The notes beneath the pieces were generated by a model. That model was given only the letters and a program-made list of their open reading frames with translations. It was not told the origin of the DNA and did not search any database. From Priapulus caudatus (lineage: Eukaryota): 61,607 bases of DNA. Numbering within the stretch: the stretch's first letter is position 1; each line of letters begins with the position of its first letter. The DNA lies in the NCBI RefSeq assembly GCF_000485595.1, contig NW_014577069.1, positions 347,755 through 409,361 of the forward strand, read 5' to 3'. Positions 39,181 through 52,348 of this stretch are shown one piece after another. Position numbers and translations under genes: made by a program.

Positions 39181-40278
39181 CGTCGCAAGCATTTATATCA
39201 TGGTAGAGCTATAATCAGCATTCAAATTTATTTACCCACTCTGACCGCTGTGGTGCGAAGTGTTACACAAAGGACAAGATGTTAACTCGTTCTGACAGCT
39301 TAAGTGCCTATATGGCCACCAGGCTGCGGGCGGTATAGGGATGCTGGGCATGAGGCGGTTCAAGATTACATGTTTCATTCGGTAACACTGACAACTCGCG
39401 TACCTACGGCCCACCGCCGCGTCGCGTCCCAGCCGTGTAATCGGAACAAATGTAGATTATACAGTTCGCTTTTTTCCATCGCTGCGTGAACTCGAACGCC
39501 TCCGGGCCCAATAGTCGAGAGAGATCAACGCGAGGGGATAGCCTTATTAATTCACGCCTGAGATTGAGCAGGTGAATGCGATTAGACGCTCGACAAAGAC
39601 TAGATGTGTGAGTTGCTAGCGGCCCAACCCAACCAGCCAACCAGCCTGTCTGCTGTATAGCGATGCGAACATGACGTGGGGAATAGAGCAGATATTGGTC
39701 CGAGTTAGGGCGCAGTTTGTAACTCCTGCACAGCTTTGACATGATGGGAGATATCAATAGCTAATAATACCTGGAGTGTACAATGGGAAAACGGGAAAAT
39801 AGTGGCATTTTACGGCAATATTATTCTACTTTGACTGCGAGTCTAGAATAGGTTCATGGTACATGATGTATTGCATTAAGCAAGGTATTGTGAGCTCTTG
39901 AAGATATGAATGTGACAGTGATCATCACTGCTGTCGGTGAGCATAGGATCGCTTTCCTGCGATAAAGAATCGCTGTCTTGTGAGCAGCAGTAGTAATCCT
40001 TAGTGGCTAACGACTGACTGTTGAGCAACGTGGCCTCTATATTAGAGATCCCCGTGTTTGCGGATGACTGCTTGGAAATGAGCGAGTGCGTGCGGTTTCT
40101 TCAAATTTTAAACTAGGCTAGGTTGAGGATTTACTCGGGTGAGTTTAGCAATTATGCCAGGGGGATACAGTTAATCACATTTGGAGAGAGAGAGTTTGAA
40201 ACCCCAGGCAGTTTTTACCTTCATCTTGTATGTGTACGCGCGTGACATCCGGACGTACTGATAGAACAGGTTGCTTTA

Positions 40279-40352
40279 CAGCTCTAGAACTATAGCCCAT
40301 CGCTCTGCCATAGGCCTGTGGCAGAGCGATGGGTTATATAGTTCTAGAGCTA
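40279..40352. mobile_element. Micro-MITE family copy 3
   Basis: CAGCTCTAGAACTATAGCCCATCGCTCTGCCATAGG|CCTGTGGCAGAGCGATGGGTTATATAGTTCTAGAGCTA hairpin. Confidence 0.75.
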
Positions 40353-43300
40353 TAGTTGCATCACAGAGGCGTCCTGCGAGAAAAAGCAAGCTTTTCCTAC
40401 AACATCTGCCGCATTACGAACTGTTGGAAGGTGGTAGGTTCAAAACATTCGTTAGTAGACTGAGTGATGTTTGTTGTATAGGAGACAATTAATTAACAAC
40501 GTCCTATTTCTGGCAGTGACCCGGCCATAATACGCGCATAGGTTGTTAACTGTGACAAATTGTTCTGGTCCCACTGAACTTCTATCAATGAAGCGTGACA
40601 TGATATCTAGTAGAAGTAACACAGCTCGTTAGATTCTTTAAAGCTAAGCGTTTACTCTCGTGCTTTTTTAGAGACCGGCTCGTATAAATATCCATTTGTA
40701 TGTATACGCGAGTGCGTGTCTGGTTGCCCCACCCCACACGCTGTGTGCGCGTGCGTGCGCGCGCACGTGTGTGTGTGTGAATATACGTGCGCGCATTGGT
40801 ATTGGTGTGTTGGTACACATGTGAGTGTACAGTGTATACACTGGCTTATAAAATCACAAAGCAACCTTCATTTTCTTTAAATGAGGAAGAGCGTTCGTAG
40901 CTTAAAAAACGATCTAGTTAAGTTGTTATGTACGAAGTCAGGAGGTCACGAGACCGCGTGTCATTCTCATCCACGTACTTGTTTGAAGACGAAATCTTTG
41001 TGTGGACGGTATCTGTCAAACCTATATCATATGAACAAACAGTCAGGTGCATTCTCTGTTTATATAACTCCCATGTGAGTTATATGGGCCATTTTATAGT
41101 AGGGAGTTTGTGATAAGGAATTCACTTTTAAAGAGTTGAAGTGAATAACAATGACAACAATAAATAAACAACCAATTTTCGTGTCACTTCATATAGTACA
41201 CACGCAGCAGCGTATATGAAAAGACCTCGCGTCAAATCCTGTAGTCGTAGTAGTGATTATGCGGCCTGCATTGGATGGCCGTCTAAGTATGGCCTTGTTC
41301 TCTGGTACACTCGGGCACAATTAACAGTCTTTAGATACGTCTTTTGTGGGCTGGTTTCAAAACGAGAGTCCACATAAATATTAATTTAAATTAATTAAAC
41401 TAGAATTAAAATTTAGTCGACAAGACGTGAACTTGAACTAAACTGGCAATAATTAAATTACAGGTTAATTGCACATTTAATTTCTTCATTGCAACTTTAT
41501 TGCGATTGAGTATATTCTGATTTATTGCACTAAGCACATGCAATGTGTCAATTAAAATCCCAATGGCCACCTGTGTGCTGTGAACTGAATCTTGGGCAAA
41601 TATTTGCGCGGTAGACTTGCAACTTTTACCTGTCTTTTAATAGGAAGGTACATATTGATATTCCGCTCACAAATGGCTACACTGCTGTAAAGTCAGTTTG
41701 AAACAAAAACCGGTCGGCCAGTCGGCCCCAGTTTTGCTACGGACTTTCCCGCCGTCGCACAGACATGTGGCGGAACGAAACGAAATTCAAACGAAATTCG
41801 GAAGTTTACGACTTCCTGTGTTTGCTTATTAGATATGCAACTGTCTAATTACAATTGCCAGGTGAAGTCACTTAAATGTTCAGTGACCCGGCAGAAGGGT
41901 ACGCGCTAATAATATCTCGCCACTTGCACGAATAAGTGTACGATTTTCACGACGTCTTATAATTTTATGATTGTAAGAGTTGATGCGCAGACAGTCATGC
42001 ATACCATTGTCACGGTCTTATGGCGGCTAGCCCCGCTCTAGACGCGCGTTGTTACATGCGCATGCGCAGACTTACACACACGCGCGGGCGCGCGCGCATG
42101 TACGAACCCATGAATGCTCGCATTTGTGAGAAGACATAATCAGAGTATTAGGCCTATGCATGTATAAATAATATCAGGAGTGTATAATATAGAGTTAATT
42201 TCTACATTATACACTCCTGATTATATATATATATATACACTCCTGATATTATTCATATATATACTCCATATATATATAATAATTATTTAGATCACTTGTT
42301 TACCAAACATGTGTGAAACTGCATAGTGTGTGATGTTGGTGAACTAAGGTTATTGTGCATCATTAACTGGCATTATTTTAGGTAGACAAGCCGCACGCAG
42401 TAATGACCCCATACTGAATTGTTTATGTGAAGTTATCTGTCACCATCAGCCGCTAGTGCTGTCGGCGTGTCGCCATAATGAGGAACCTGTCTATGTGGCG
42501 CAGCAGGACGTAGCGGAGCTGGCTGTGATCTGTACTGAGCGACCGTGGTTGTCAAGCAGCACGGTCGCGCCGGCGGGGGGCTGCGCTGTTACCTGTGCTG
42601 ATTGATAGCGTGACCTTCAGGTGTGTTCGCGACACTTGTCGGCGTTTGTGGCGGAGGAATGACAATTTTTGGTCACCTGTGAACGGTTTGCTACAGTACG
42701 TTGCTTAGAATGTTGCTGATGAGAATAGAATTGTGATATATATACGACACCAGAAATGGAATTTTAGGATGTTACTGTTACTGTAACAGTTACAGTAACT
42801 GTAACAGTTACAGTAAGTGTGCTGTTACTGGCGGCAAAGAGTCAGATGCCAGGGGAACTTTATTGAGTGTGTTGATAGTATTTTCCACAGTAATGTTTAT
42901 TAGTGCCAGATATTCTGCATTCAAAAGGAATTCAGGAAGTTGATGATAGGAGAATAATGATCTCCCATTGTCTAATCCCAGTCGCTATTCATGATCGCTG
43001 ATTTTTTGGTGTTTACGGACTTCGTTTTTACATTCCATTACGAGGCGACGGGTAGATCTCCGTAATTTGCATCGCATTATGTGTGTAATGATGCATTGCT
43101 AATTGGCGGTTGGGTTGCCGTTTGCAGGCGAATCTTCCTGGAGCCGTCAACAAGATCTTGGTGCTGGCTGCGAATATAAACGACGCTGCTGCCACCATAC
43201 TCCTCAACTCTTCATTCAAGGTATGTAGCATGTATTGATTATGTAGATCAAAAGGATTGTCAGGGGTTAATAATGACAAATTATAACGACAAATTAATAA

Positions 43301-44593
43301 TTACAATTTGTCATTATTAACCCCTTATATATATATATGAATATTATAGTAAAAACTCCTTGTAGATATAAGTCTGGAATAGCAGCAATGTTTACTTGAA
43401 TTTTTTTTTCTGGCTGACACAGACTTACTCACTGTAACAGAATAGGGCTGGCTACTACACCTGCTGGTTTGGCGCATATTTACATTTGACGCTGGTTTCC
43501 TTGTTTTCCGCACAAAAACGCCCATTTTCTCAGACGTTTCTTCATCGGTTCCTGATTGCCAGCTGAGTTACCGTGAGAGTGGTTAGAAAGCGAGAGAGTG
43601 ACCGTACCATTCCCGTAACTGTGCCGTCGTTGAAAAAAACCGGAAGACACGGTAGCGTACGTCGAATAAAGAGTGAAATCTTACGCGTAAGGATCAAGCG
43701 TGTCGCCAGCAGGATTCGCTAAGAGTCAGCAGTTGTAAAATTTCCAACCTACTTTTAGTTTGAGACCGGTCGACCTGTTGTGATAACAGATCTGGTTCAT
43801 ATCATCATGTGGACAGTTTTACAGAACTCATCATTAACATTAATTGAGCATTTTTTTAAATTCGATCTGTTCTGCTTGCATTCGTTTTTGTTATTAAAAT
43901 ATTATAAAATTATTCGTAATTTTATTGTGTGTGTGATATATGGTTCCTGCTAGTATATCACATCATAGTGAATGTGGGATGAAGATTTTGATCTTTCAAT
44001 ACTAACGGAGCATCTGTCTGCTAATGGTAGGCACACTGTCGCAGTAATCGATAACCTGAGAACTGGGTCTATGCTACGTTCACGTCTCTCACAGATGCCA
44101 GAAGCTTACCCCCATTCACGAACAATGCTGTATAGCGTCATAGCGTATATAGCGTTGTTGATTGCCGACAAGCGGTTTTTTGCTTCGTCGGATTCTTCGT
44201 AGTTTTGTCTGCGGCCTTATGAGCGTTGGCTACTATATAGCTGAAAACATCTGCTAAGGTCAGAGCGTTGTCGGTAATGGCAGTTCATCAACCTTGTACG
44301 GGGGTATCTGACTGACTCACTGACTGACAGCGCAAATCCTGGCGCAGAGGTCCGCGGCGGACGGACACAGACGTAGGCGAGCTCTCACGCGAGGGCAGCA
44401 ACCACCCTTCACCATCATTCTAGACTTCTAGCTGGTAGGGGGGGGGAGTGGCGCCGGTAGCATGGCTGCGACTGCGGGCGGTAGCATCACTGGTTGGTTG
44501 CAGAATCATGTTAGCCCGCTCTCCTACACATATAATAAGTATATATATATATTATATATATATAATATATATATATATATATGTATATAATAT

Positions 44594-44635
<42 letters not shown>

Positions 44636-45104
44636 GAGTAAATAATAGTTCCCTATTATCTACTCCTGATATATATGGAAGTTGTGTGAACGGACATGTT
44701 GCTGCAGCTATTGGGTAAAGTGTGCGTGTTTCCGCACCCTATGCCCGTCTTGCTGGAGCTAATAGCGTTAGTCGTGTTACTGCAGTGCGTGCACGGTCGC
44801 CGCGAAGTAGTCCGTGTGTGGGGCCATATGTACGCACGATACATTCAAATTACCCATCGGCCGTCCTTGATCCGGGACCACCACGCGGCGGGATTAGGAA
44901 CTAAATAGGGGATCGCGTGAGCACAGTGTGCTCGATGAAAGAGGAAGCGGCGCGCGGGTCACAGGCGATTCCTGGCTGCTTGTAAGGACTGATCACGCAG
45001 CGTGGACGTGCTCGTGAAGTCACGGTGGCCTTTCAGCGAAGATGAGAACGGGATTCAGACGACGTCTTTTCCTTTCGCGAGCATAGGCGATATGGCGGCA
45101 TTTT

Positions 45105-45105
<1 letters not shown>

Positions 45106-45153
<48 letters not shown>

Positions 45154-45161
45154 GAGAGAGG

Positions 45162-45219
<58 letters not shown>
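45106..45219. repeat. (GA)n microsatellite
   Basis: Direct reading of the sequence. Confidence 0.95.
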
Positions 45220-45220
<1 letters not shown>

Positions 45221-45623
45221 GCTCACCCGGCCATCACTTCCTGCTTGTAGCTTATAGCCTCATTAGCTTATCCCCGCAGATCCGCACCGTGGCATGCGCG
45301 CGACGAACTTCCAACTGCGCGAATCATTTCTCCTAACACACAAAGTGGAAAAAAAGGGGCAGCAAACTTTACTTTGTCTTCCGTTTAGTGGTCGGACGAA
45401 GACTGTCAACGGCAGACACAATGCGTACAAAGGGTCCGGTGTGTGTTCTTATGTGTGTGTCGGCTGAAGGCGTTTGCTACAAGCCGATGTGGAGCAGTTT
45501 CTTTCCCTCCCCCCCCCTCTCCTCCACCCTCCCCCCTGTGCGGGCATATACCTGTTCTAGACCGTGGCTAGAACTGACCCTAGGAGGGGCACATCGCAGC
45601 GGGGACTGAGTTGTCCTGCTACC

Positions 45624-46006
45624 CGCAGGCACTTAGAACGTCTCAATAAAAAAAAGGTAAATAAACACGAAATGTATTTACTACCAAAGTCTTAATGTTT
45701 CTATACTCTATTTCGCCTATAATCACCTGTAAATGCCGGTCAAAAGCTCATCTGCAACACACAAGTACACCGCACGCCCGCCATGTGCACAAACAACATG
45801 AATAAGAGAGTTAATTGTCTCTTATTCATGTTATTTGTGCACATTGCGGGCGTGCGGTGTACTTGTGTGTTGCAGATGAGCATTTGACCGGCATTTACAG
45901 GTGATTATAGGCGAAATAGAGTAGAGAAACATTAAGATTTTGATAGTAAATACATTTCGTGTTTATTTACCATTATTTTTTTATTGAAACGTCCCAAGTG
46001 CCTGTG
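45624..46006. mobile_element. Foldback MITE, P-element-like, copy 2 (TSD CTGCTACC)
   Basis: Same arms as 34458-34885 with a short spacer. Left TSD at 45616-45623; the full right TSD is at 46388-46395, beyond the adjacent insertion. Confidence 0.88.
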
Positions 46007-46012
46007 CTGCTA

Positions 46013-46383
46013 CATGCGTCTAAACGGAGGAATTGCTCCGACCTGTGATGGGGGATAAAAATAGACTACGCCCACTTTTCCATTTTTGGAGGATAAAAAT
46101 AGAATTCGTGACGTTTCGTTTCACCGGTCATAGCCGCGCGTGCATATTTGCTAATTAATTAGACTAATCGCGCTTCAATAGACTCAAAATTCACAGAGAT
46201 TAAGGCTAAGACATGTGTCTATAATAGCTAAAATTTATAGAAATGTAACTCAAATCGTTCGCTCCATATGATAGTTAGTACACGTTCCTACCGGTCATAG
46301 CATAGCGTATGCGGCGGGAGTGGGCGGGGTCTATTTTTATCCTCCAATCACAGGTCGGAGCAATTCCTCTGTTTAGACGCATG
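46013..46383. mobile_element. 371-bp MITE with ~65-bp TIRs and a 10-bp (or 8-bp) TSD
   Basis: CATGCGTCTAAACGGAGGAATTGCTCCGACCTGTGAT... / ...ATCACAGGTCGGAGCAATTCCTCTGTTTAGACGCATG. TGTGCTGCTA at 46003-46012 and 46384-46393. Confidence 0.85.
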
Positions 46384-46639
46384 TGTGCTGCTACCAGCGA
46401 CAGGCTGCGCCCGTCTCCAAATATTTGAGACGGCGACGTTTCCGTCGGCAGGAAAGGCTATAAGCGCTAACATGTGTCGGCGGTAATGTGTAGGGTGCGC
46501 GGAATGAGTGCTGATGACCCCTCGCTACCTGCTTATTTTGTTTCTCCGAAGTTTGGAAAACTCGTGCGAACGCATCCGGCCGACCCCGCTCACGTCCTCT
46601 CCCCGTGGCATCGGCTTCTCCCGCCCTCGCGCCCAGAGA

Positions 46640-47150
46640 CATCTGCCTGCATTCACGGGGACTTAATTTTGCCTGTATGACGGCCACCGCTGCCTTCATG
46701 CCCGGGGACTCCTGTCTTCATGCCCAGGCCTTCTACCTGCATGTCCGGGGACGTTTGCCTGCATACCCGGGCACTGCAGCCTGCATGACCGGGGACTTTT
46801 GCCTGCATACCCGGGCACTGCAGCCTGCATGACCGGGGACTTTTGCCTGCATACCCGGGCACTGCAGCCTGCATGACCGGGGACTTTTGCTTGTATGATG
46901 GGCCACTGCTGTCTGCATGACCGGGCTCTGCTGCCTGCATGGCCGGGCCCTGCTGTCTGCATACTCGGGCTCTGCTGTCTGCACGGGCTCTGCTGCCTGC
47001 ATGGTCGGCCACTGCTGCCTGCATACCCGGGCTCTGCTGCCTGCATTACTGCGCACTTCTGCCTGCATGCACGGCGACATTTGCCTGCATGCTCGGCAAC
47101 ATCTGACTACATCCCCATCCATTGCTGCCTGCATGCCCAGCCATTGCTGC
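46640..47150. repeat. GC-rich ~22-bp minisatellite with a 44-bp dimeric core
   Basis: The 44-bp unit CTGCATACCCGGGCACTGCAGC-CTGCATGACCGGGGACTTTTGC recurs at 46759, 46803 and 46847 and degenerates outward. Confidence 0.9.
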
Positions 47151-47918
47151 GTGCGTTACCAGCCACTCCTGCTTCTAATGACCTCACACTTCTTTCTGTG
47201 CTCCCCGTCGCCCCGGCGCTTCCCCCATGCACGCCCTGTACACTTATTACGTCTACACGCCCCCAGCCACTTCTACCTGGCACGTAGGCGGCACGCTCCC
47301 GCGCTCGCGCTTGCACTTTTTTAATCGCAGGGTCAGCTGACGAAATAAGTGCAGTGTAGCGCGGCTAAGACCCAGTGGCGCACGCACAATCGCCGTGTGA
47401 GACTTGACACTGTGATTTGACACGGAGCGCTGCGAGTGCGAGCAGCTGCTTTATTCTGACGGCGTTTCGCCGCCGCCGAGATATACATCTCTAACGTACG
47501 TTTTTATCTGACGTACGAATCGCGCCGTTTAGTTCGCACGAGCGACGAATATTGAATGTGATGTGTAAATGTATGTACACATATTATATGTATATATACG
47601 TGTAGAGTACGATTTCAACGGATGGTGCCAATTTAATGTGGATCGTGCGTTTTACCCGAGAAACGGATCGAGCGTTTTACCCGAGAAACGGATCGAGCGG
47701 TTTCTTTTCGTGATCACGAGAAACGAACGTAGAACAACGTAGAAACTTTGCGGTTTTGCCTGATATCTGTCGTCGTGCGTTTAACCTCGGGCACGAAGCG
47801 AGTTCTTTATTGCGTGAGATGCACTGAACACGTACCTGGACCGTTGATTGTTGTTGATTGTTTGGACGCCCTTCGCAGTGTGAAACAACCCTGCATTGCG
47901 CGCGGTGCGTGCGACCAT

Positions 47919-48077
47919 ATGTGCTCTTACAGTAGCTATTTGCGTTCTGTGGCAGACGACAGGGGGTCGGTCGCTATCGCTACGCCGGCCGTGGCGAGTG
48001 TTATTTTTCACCTCGACGTCGGAGAACGCGTACCACGCATCCCCTCGCGCGGGGAATCAGGAAGCCAGGCGAGGGAT
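47919..48077 (+). CDS. Candidate internal alternative first exon a (53 codons, phase-0 GTAAGT donor)
   Basis: ATG at 47919 is open to GAT|GTAAGT at 48078 in a CpG-rich region. No homology recognised. Confidence 0.25.
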
Positions 48078-48092
48078 GTAAGTTGATCTCCG

Positions 48093-48345
48093 GCGTGCAG
48101 CAGCAGCGGGAGATTTGGCGAGAGTAAGCGAGAGGAGGACGAGTGTGCGTTTCCCGATCCTATTTGAGACTACTACCGTGTGCAGCGGTGGGGGAGATTT
48201 GGCGAGAGTAAGCGAAAGGGAAGGAGAACGAGTGTGAATTTCGCGATCGTGTTTGAGACTACTGCCGTGTGCAGCGGCGGGGGATTCGGCAAAAGTAAGC
48301 GAGAGCGGGGACGAGTGTGAAATTCCGTTTCCTGTTTCGACACCT
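48093..48345 (+). repeat. ~85-bp x3 degenerate tandem repeat
   Basis: GTGCAGC..GGGAGATTTGGCGAGAGTAAGCGA...GAGTGTG...TTTGAGACTACT units. Confidence 0.8.
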
Positions 48346-48406
48346 GCTGTGGACGCTTCCCGGAGGAATATCGTTGTACAGCAGCTTGGCATGAGCATCA
48401 GCCATC

Positions 48407-48577
48407 ATGCTGGCCCCGATGGCAGAGGAAGAGGAGGACCTCTGCGTACAACTTGAGGATGCCTTTAGTGAGGATGAGGACGACGAGGAGGAGGAGGTTG
48501 TGGTAGGAGCGAGCTATGTAAGACTCGACGAGGAGGTGCGCTGCGACGCGGACAGTCACCTGTGGCGTCCTCTCATG
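48407..48577 (+). CDS. Candidate internal alternative first exon b, acidic N-terminus (MLAPMAEEEEDL...HLWRPLM)
   Basis: 57 codons of protein-like acidic composition, ATGs at 48407 and 48419, ending ATG|GTAATC. Phase 0 is the same as the donor at 38702. Confidence 0.45.
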
Positions 48578-50677
48578 GTAATCAGACTAATCATATCTAT
48601 TCTCCCAATCTGATATCTACGGTTGGAGTTGGGATTTTGGTATTCACTGGCTGGCTGGGTCAGTCCTTCGTCGATAGGTTGTTACGAACATATTGATAGG
48701 TATGAAATACGGGTCCAGGGCCTTTAGCCAAGACGTGACGGACGCCGAGTGAAATTGCTATTCTGTTTGTTCACAAGATTATATCTCGGTTCTAACTCTG
48801 ACATTCACATATTCTTACAGACAGCGCACGGCATTTTTCTGTTCGGTCGGCAGATATTTCGGCTGCCTCTCGTGTCGCAGCGAAATGAGTTATTTGTAAG
48901 CCGCCACGTCGTTTTCAATTACTGTGTGCTTTCTGCGTAGCGCAGTGATTTCAGCTGTCACGCACGCACACGTATGCACACACACACGGACGGACGCACC
49001 CGCTTGCTCGCGCACACACGGGCTGCGGTGCCGTACTGCTGTGTTGTACTACCGCTTTGTTATGTCGTCTGCCTTGTTCTCTGTTCTCTTGGTGACCTCG
49101 CATCAGTAGTAAAAGTTTGCACACATACCCAGTTGAAGTACGTGCTTGACCAGTACGCGTCTTTCACGTGGCAAAAATAACCCTCACACACAGTTCCCAG
49201 CCTGTCACTAGTAGTTAACACATAGTCAACCGGGCCGCTTCTGCGGAAAAAAACTTAGATGTTTCTACTAGCATCTTGCGCAAGCAAACACTGTGATCAC
49301 TGTTTGTATGTAAGATCTGTCTGGTGCTAGAGTTTTTACAATTAGGATTATAGTATAACTAATAATATAATTAGTATTTGCATTTCATAGAAATTGATTG
49401 TGAAACGTTTGACGCGTCTATTTAGAAATTGCGGATCAACAATCGCCTATCATATGACTATATCAGTGGTATTAAGGACGAGTGCACGCAATCACTCTAG
49501 TCGCAAATATCAAGCAGCCCTCATTCATTCATTCATTCTTCGTTCGTTCCTTTCAAATTTAGTGCGCTATAAGACGATATAATTACTCTCGTGTCATTTT
49601 ATATTGCTAAACATTTAATTACTATCAATTATTCTGAAGGCCAATTCCTTTAAGATTCTTCTGCGTAGGATTATACAGTCAACCTAGTTGAGTGTTGATG
49701 ATTCTGACTTTGGAACTAGATTGCCAGTAATATCTAAATGACGTATGCGCTGTCGTAATAGAATACAAGGTTAAGAACCAGCTCGACGCGCGCTGCAAGA
49801 TATATCGCCGTTCCATATATTTCACACAAGACCTCTCTTAACAATGGTTCGTGCAGATTGTTTGTTATTGGTAAATATTAGCCTATCCTTGGTTGCAATT
49901 TTTATATAGGCGCACGTGTCGCGAAAAATAGCGAAAAGGACACAGAGAGGGATCTTGGGCGGGAGAAATGATGGGCGGGAGAAGTTAGAAGAAGCGACGA
50001 GAATGCGATTGGAGAAGAGGAAATGTGAATAGAGTGGGTGTGGGTAAGATAGAGTACGCAAAGGATGTAGCAGTTGTCCGAGGGCAGATATAGCCCGTAC
50101 AGCTGTTATTTATTGGTTGTTCGCGTTGACCAAATATTAGCATATCTTGACCAACGGTGTAGGTTACTGACCGTTGTTTGTAGACACTATTGTGTGCTGT
50201 ATTCCAACGCATTCTTCTCAATGCTGTTTCTCAGGAAATAGCCAGTGGAAACACAGGATGTGGTGCCTTACCGCACACAATCCGTGTATTTGCCAAGGGA
50301 TAACAAATAGTTTTGAATGACGAAAAATACGCCTTTAGGCGAAATCTCGCGACGGGGTTAAAAGTTCGCATTTTTAAATGGTAGAACTACCTATATGGGT
50401 ATTAATGTCGACACTGAACATTAATGTCTAAGCACAACCTGCCGTGTGTTAAAAAGTGTGCTAAAGCACAGTGATCATGTCACAGATAGCGCAGTTATGT
50501 ATTGTTGTTCATCTAAATCTAAACTACATCTTACTTGTCTTCCAACGATTTCCTGATTTACTAGACCCTGTGCAGCGCGTTATAGGCTTAGTAGTTTTAG
50601 AAAGATACAAAATGGAGCAGAGATGTCCCTATCCATCGTCCCTCTCCGGTAAAGTTTGATATAAATAAATAAATAAA

Positions 50678-50708
<31 letters not shown>

Positions 50709-50741
50709 GTATGTATATAAGCCTATACATATGTATATGTA

Positions 50742-51142
50742 CAGGGGTAGAAATTCACTCTTGAACAAGGGATCGAGTCCAACGGACGCAGCAAAATGAG
50801 GGAGACCGCAGTCTGAGGTTCAAAATTAAAGCAATAACGCATGTGCTTATTTTTAAGATTCATGCAGTTGCACGTCTGCCAAATTTTCTTTGGACATTAG
50901 CTTGAAAAATACAGTAATTCAGCCAGGCCGTGCTCCGGAACGAACTAGTTAGTATGTCAGAATTTTCAGGGAGTCACACGGACTCCTGCATATGTCAAAT
51001 CAGGGAGTCCGCTCTGGAATGAACTAGTTAGTATAGCAGAATTTTCAGGGAGTCACACGGACTCCTGCATATGTCAAATCAGGGAGTCCGACAGTAAATC
51101 AGGGAGTATTTGACTCCGGACTCCCGTTAATTTCGCACCCTG
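50742..51142 (+). mobile_element. hAT-like MITE with a 6-bp TSD (TATGTA), copy 2
   Basis: CAGGGGTAGAAATT...AATTTCGCACCCTG. TATGTA at 50736-50741 and 51143-51148. Internal ~79-bp tandem duplication at ~50932-51089. Confidence 0.8.
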
Positions 51143-51268
51143 TATGTATATAATTAGATGTCATAAAGGAGATATTAAGTATTATAAGGAGATAAGGAAT
51201 CAATGAGACGCCAATATTACCACAGGTAAATAGACAACTGGTCAGTTTTACTTTGTATGGCTTTACGG

Positions 51269-51301
<33 letters not shown>

Positions 51302-51307
51302 CGTGTG

Positions 51308-51347
<40 letters not shown>

Positions 51348-52060
51348 TGTGTGTGGGCCGAGGCGAGGGCATGCAGAGACGGCCACTCGTACACATTGTC
51401 ATCTGCAGAGTTTTATGGACTTAACCGATCGCTTAGTGGGAATCAGGCTGCCGTGGCTCCCCTTCCCCCCCCCGCGCCGACCGACCACGCGGTGGTGCCG
51501 TAGCGCCTCAATTATCACCGCGTGTTCGCAGCTAATCCGGCGGGATCTAGCCTAGTGGGGTAAGAACAAGAGACGCTCACAATGTCGTAGCGGCGGCAGC
51601 AGCGGCCGAGGCGAAGAAGCAACGAGGCGGCGGGCGGACACAGCGAGAGCGTATCGAATTTGCATAGGTGGCCGTTTTACACAAACACGTTTGTACGGCG
51701 TAGAATAACACGGGCGGCGTCGACGACGGTGAATCCTGCATCTTCGCGCGCAGCATGGCCTTAATACGCGGTAATTTTTCACTGACCTCGCGCTCGCTGT
51801 CGGAACTGGAGAGTCGCGAGAGGACTGTGGGGGTGGGGGAGGAACCGAAAGTGGCGCGCGCGGGTTTTTTCTTCTCTCTCTCTTCTCTCTCTCTTCTTGG
51901 TTAGAAATTGAGTTTGCAGGCGAAGCTGATGAAGTTGGCCGGATAAACAAACAAAGGGAACGGCTAATTACGGTGCGAGTCAACACACGCGCACACAGGT
52001 ACGACGCTCACGTGTACACACCACGTTATAAAGGTACGGCTCGATCTAAAGCCAAGCAAT

Positions 52061-52348
52061 CTCAACAGATGGGATAAGCGGGCGGTGTATATGCATTCCC
52101 CAGATGGCCGTACTGGTCCAGTTATTGAAGCCAGTGTTATGCTGAACGTTGTCGGGGGGTTTCGGTAGCTAGTTCATTCCGTTTTTCCCCGCGTGAATAT
52201 TAGCTCAACAGATGGGATAAGCGGGCGGTGTATATCATGCATCCCACAGATGGCCGTACTGGTCCAGTTATCGAAGCCAGTGTTATGCTGAACGTTGTCG
52301 GGGGGTTTCGGTATCTAGTTCATTCCGTTTTTCCCCGCGTGAATATTA
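52061..52348 (+). repeat. ~143-bp direct tandem duplication
   Basis: CTCAACAGATGGGATAAGCGGGCGGTGTATAT...GCGTGAATATTA at 52061 and 52204. Confidence 0.9.

Noticed and set aside
42382..42606. Open segment after TTTTAG as a terminal exon
   Set aside because: In the required phase 0 it stops after 11 codons, and the longer frame has no recognisable homology.
43263..43324. GGGGTTAATAATGACAAATT...AATTTGTCATTATTAACCCC hairpin as a piggyBac-type element
   Set aside because: Single occurrence; TTAA is internal rather than flanking and no TSD was found.
46640..47150. CRISPR-like or coding repeat (ORFs 46653-47134); the same was considered for 56165-56930
   Set aside because: Head-to-tail minisatellites with no unique spacers, no cas genes and a eukaryotic context.
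50564..50649. Possible next Sec14 exon (RVIGLVVLERYK...)
   Set aside because: The acceptor at 50563 gives a stop in phase 0, the alternative acceptor gives no convincing motif, and the donor is weak.
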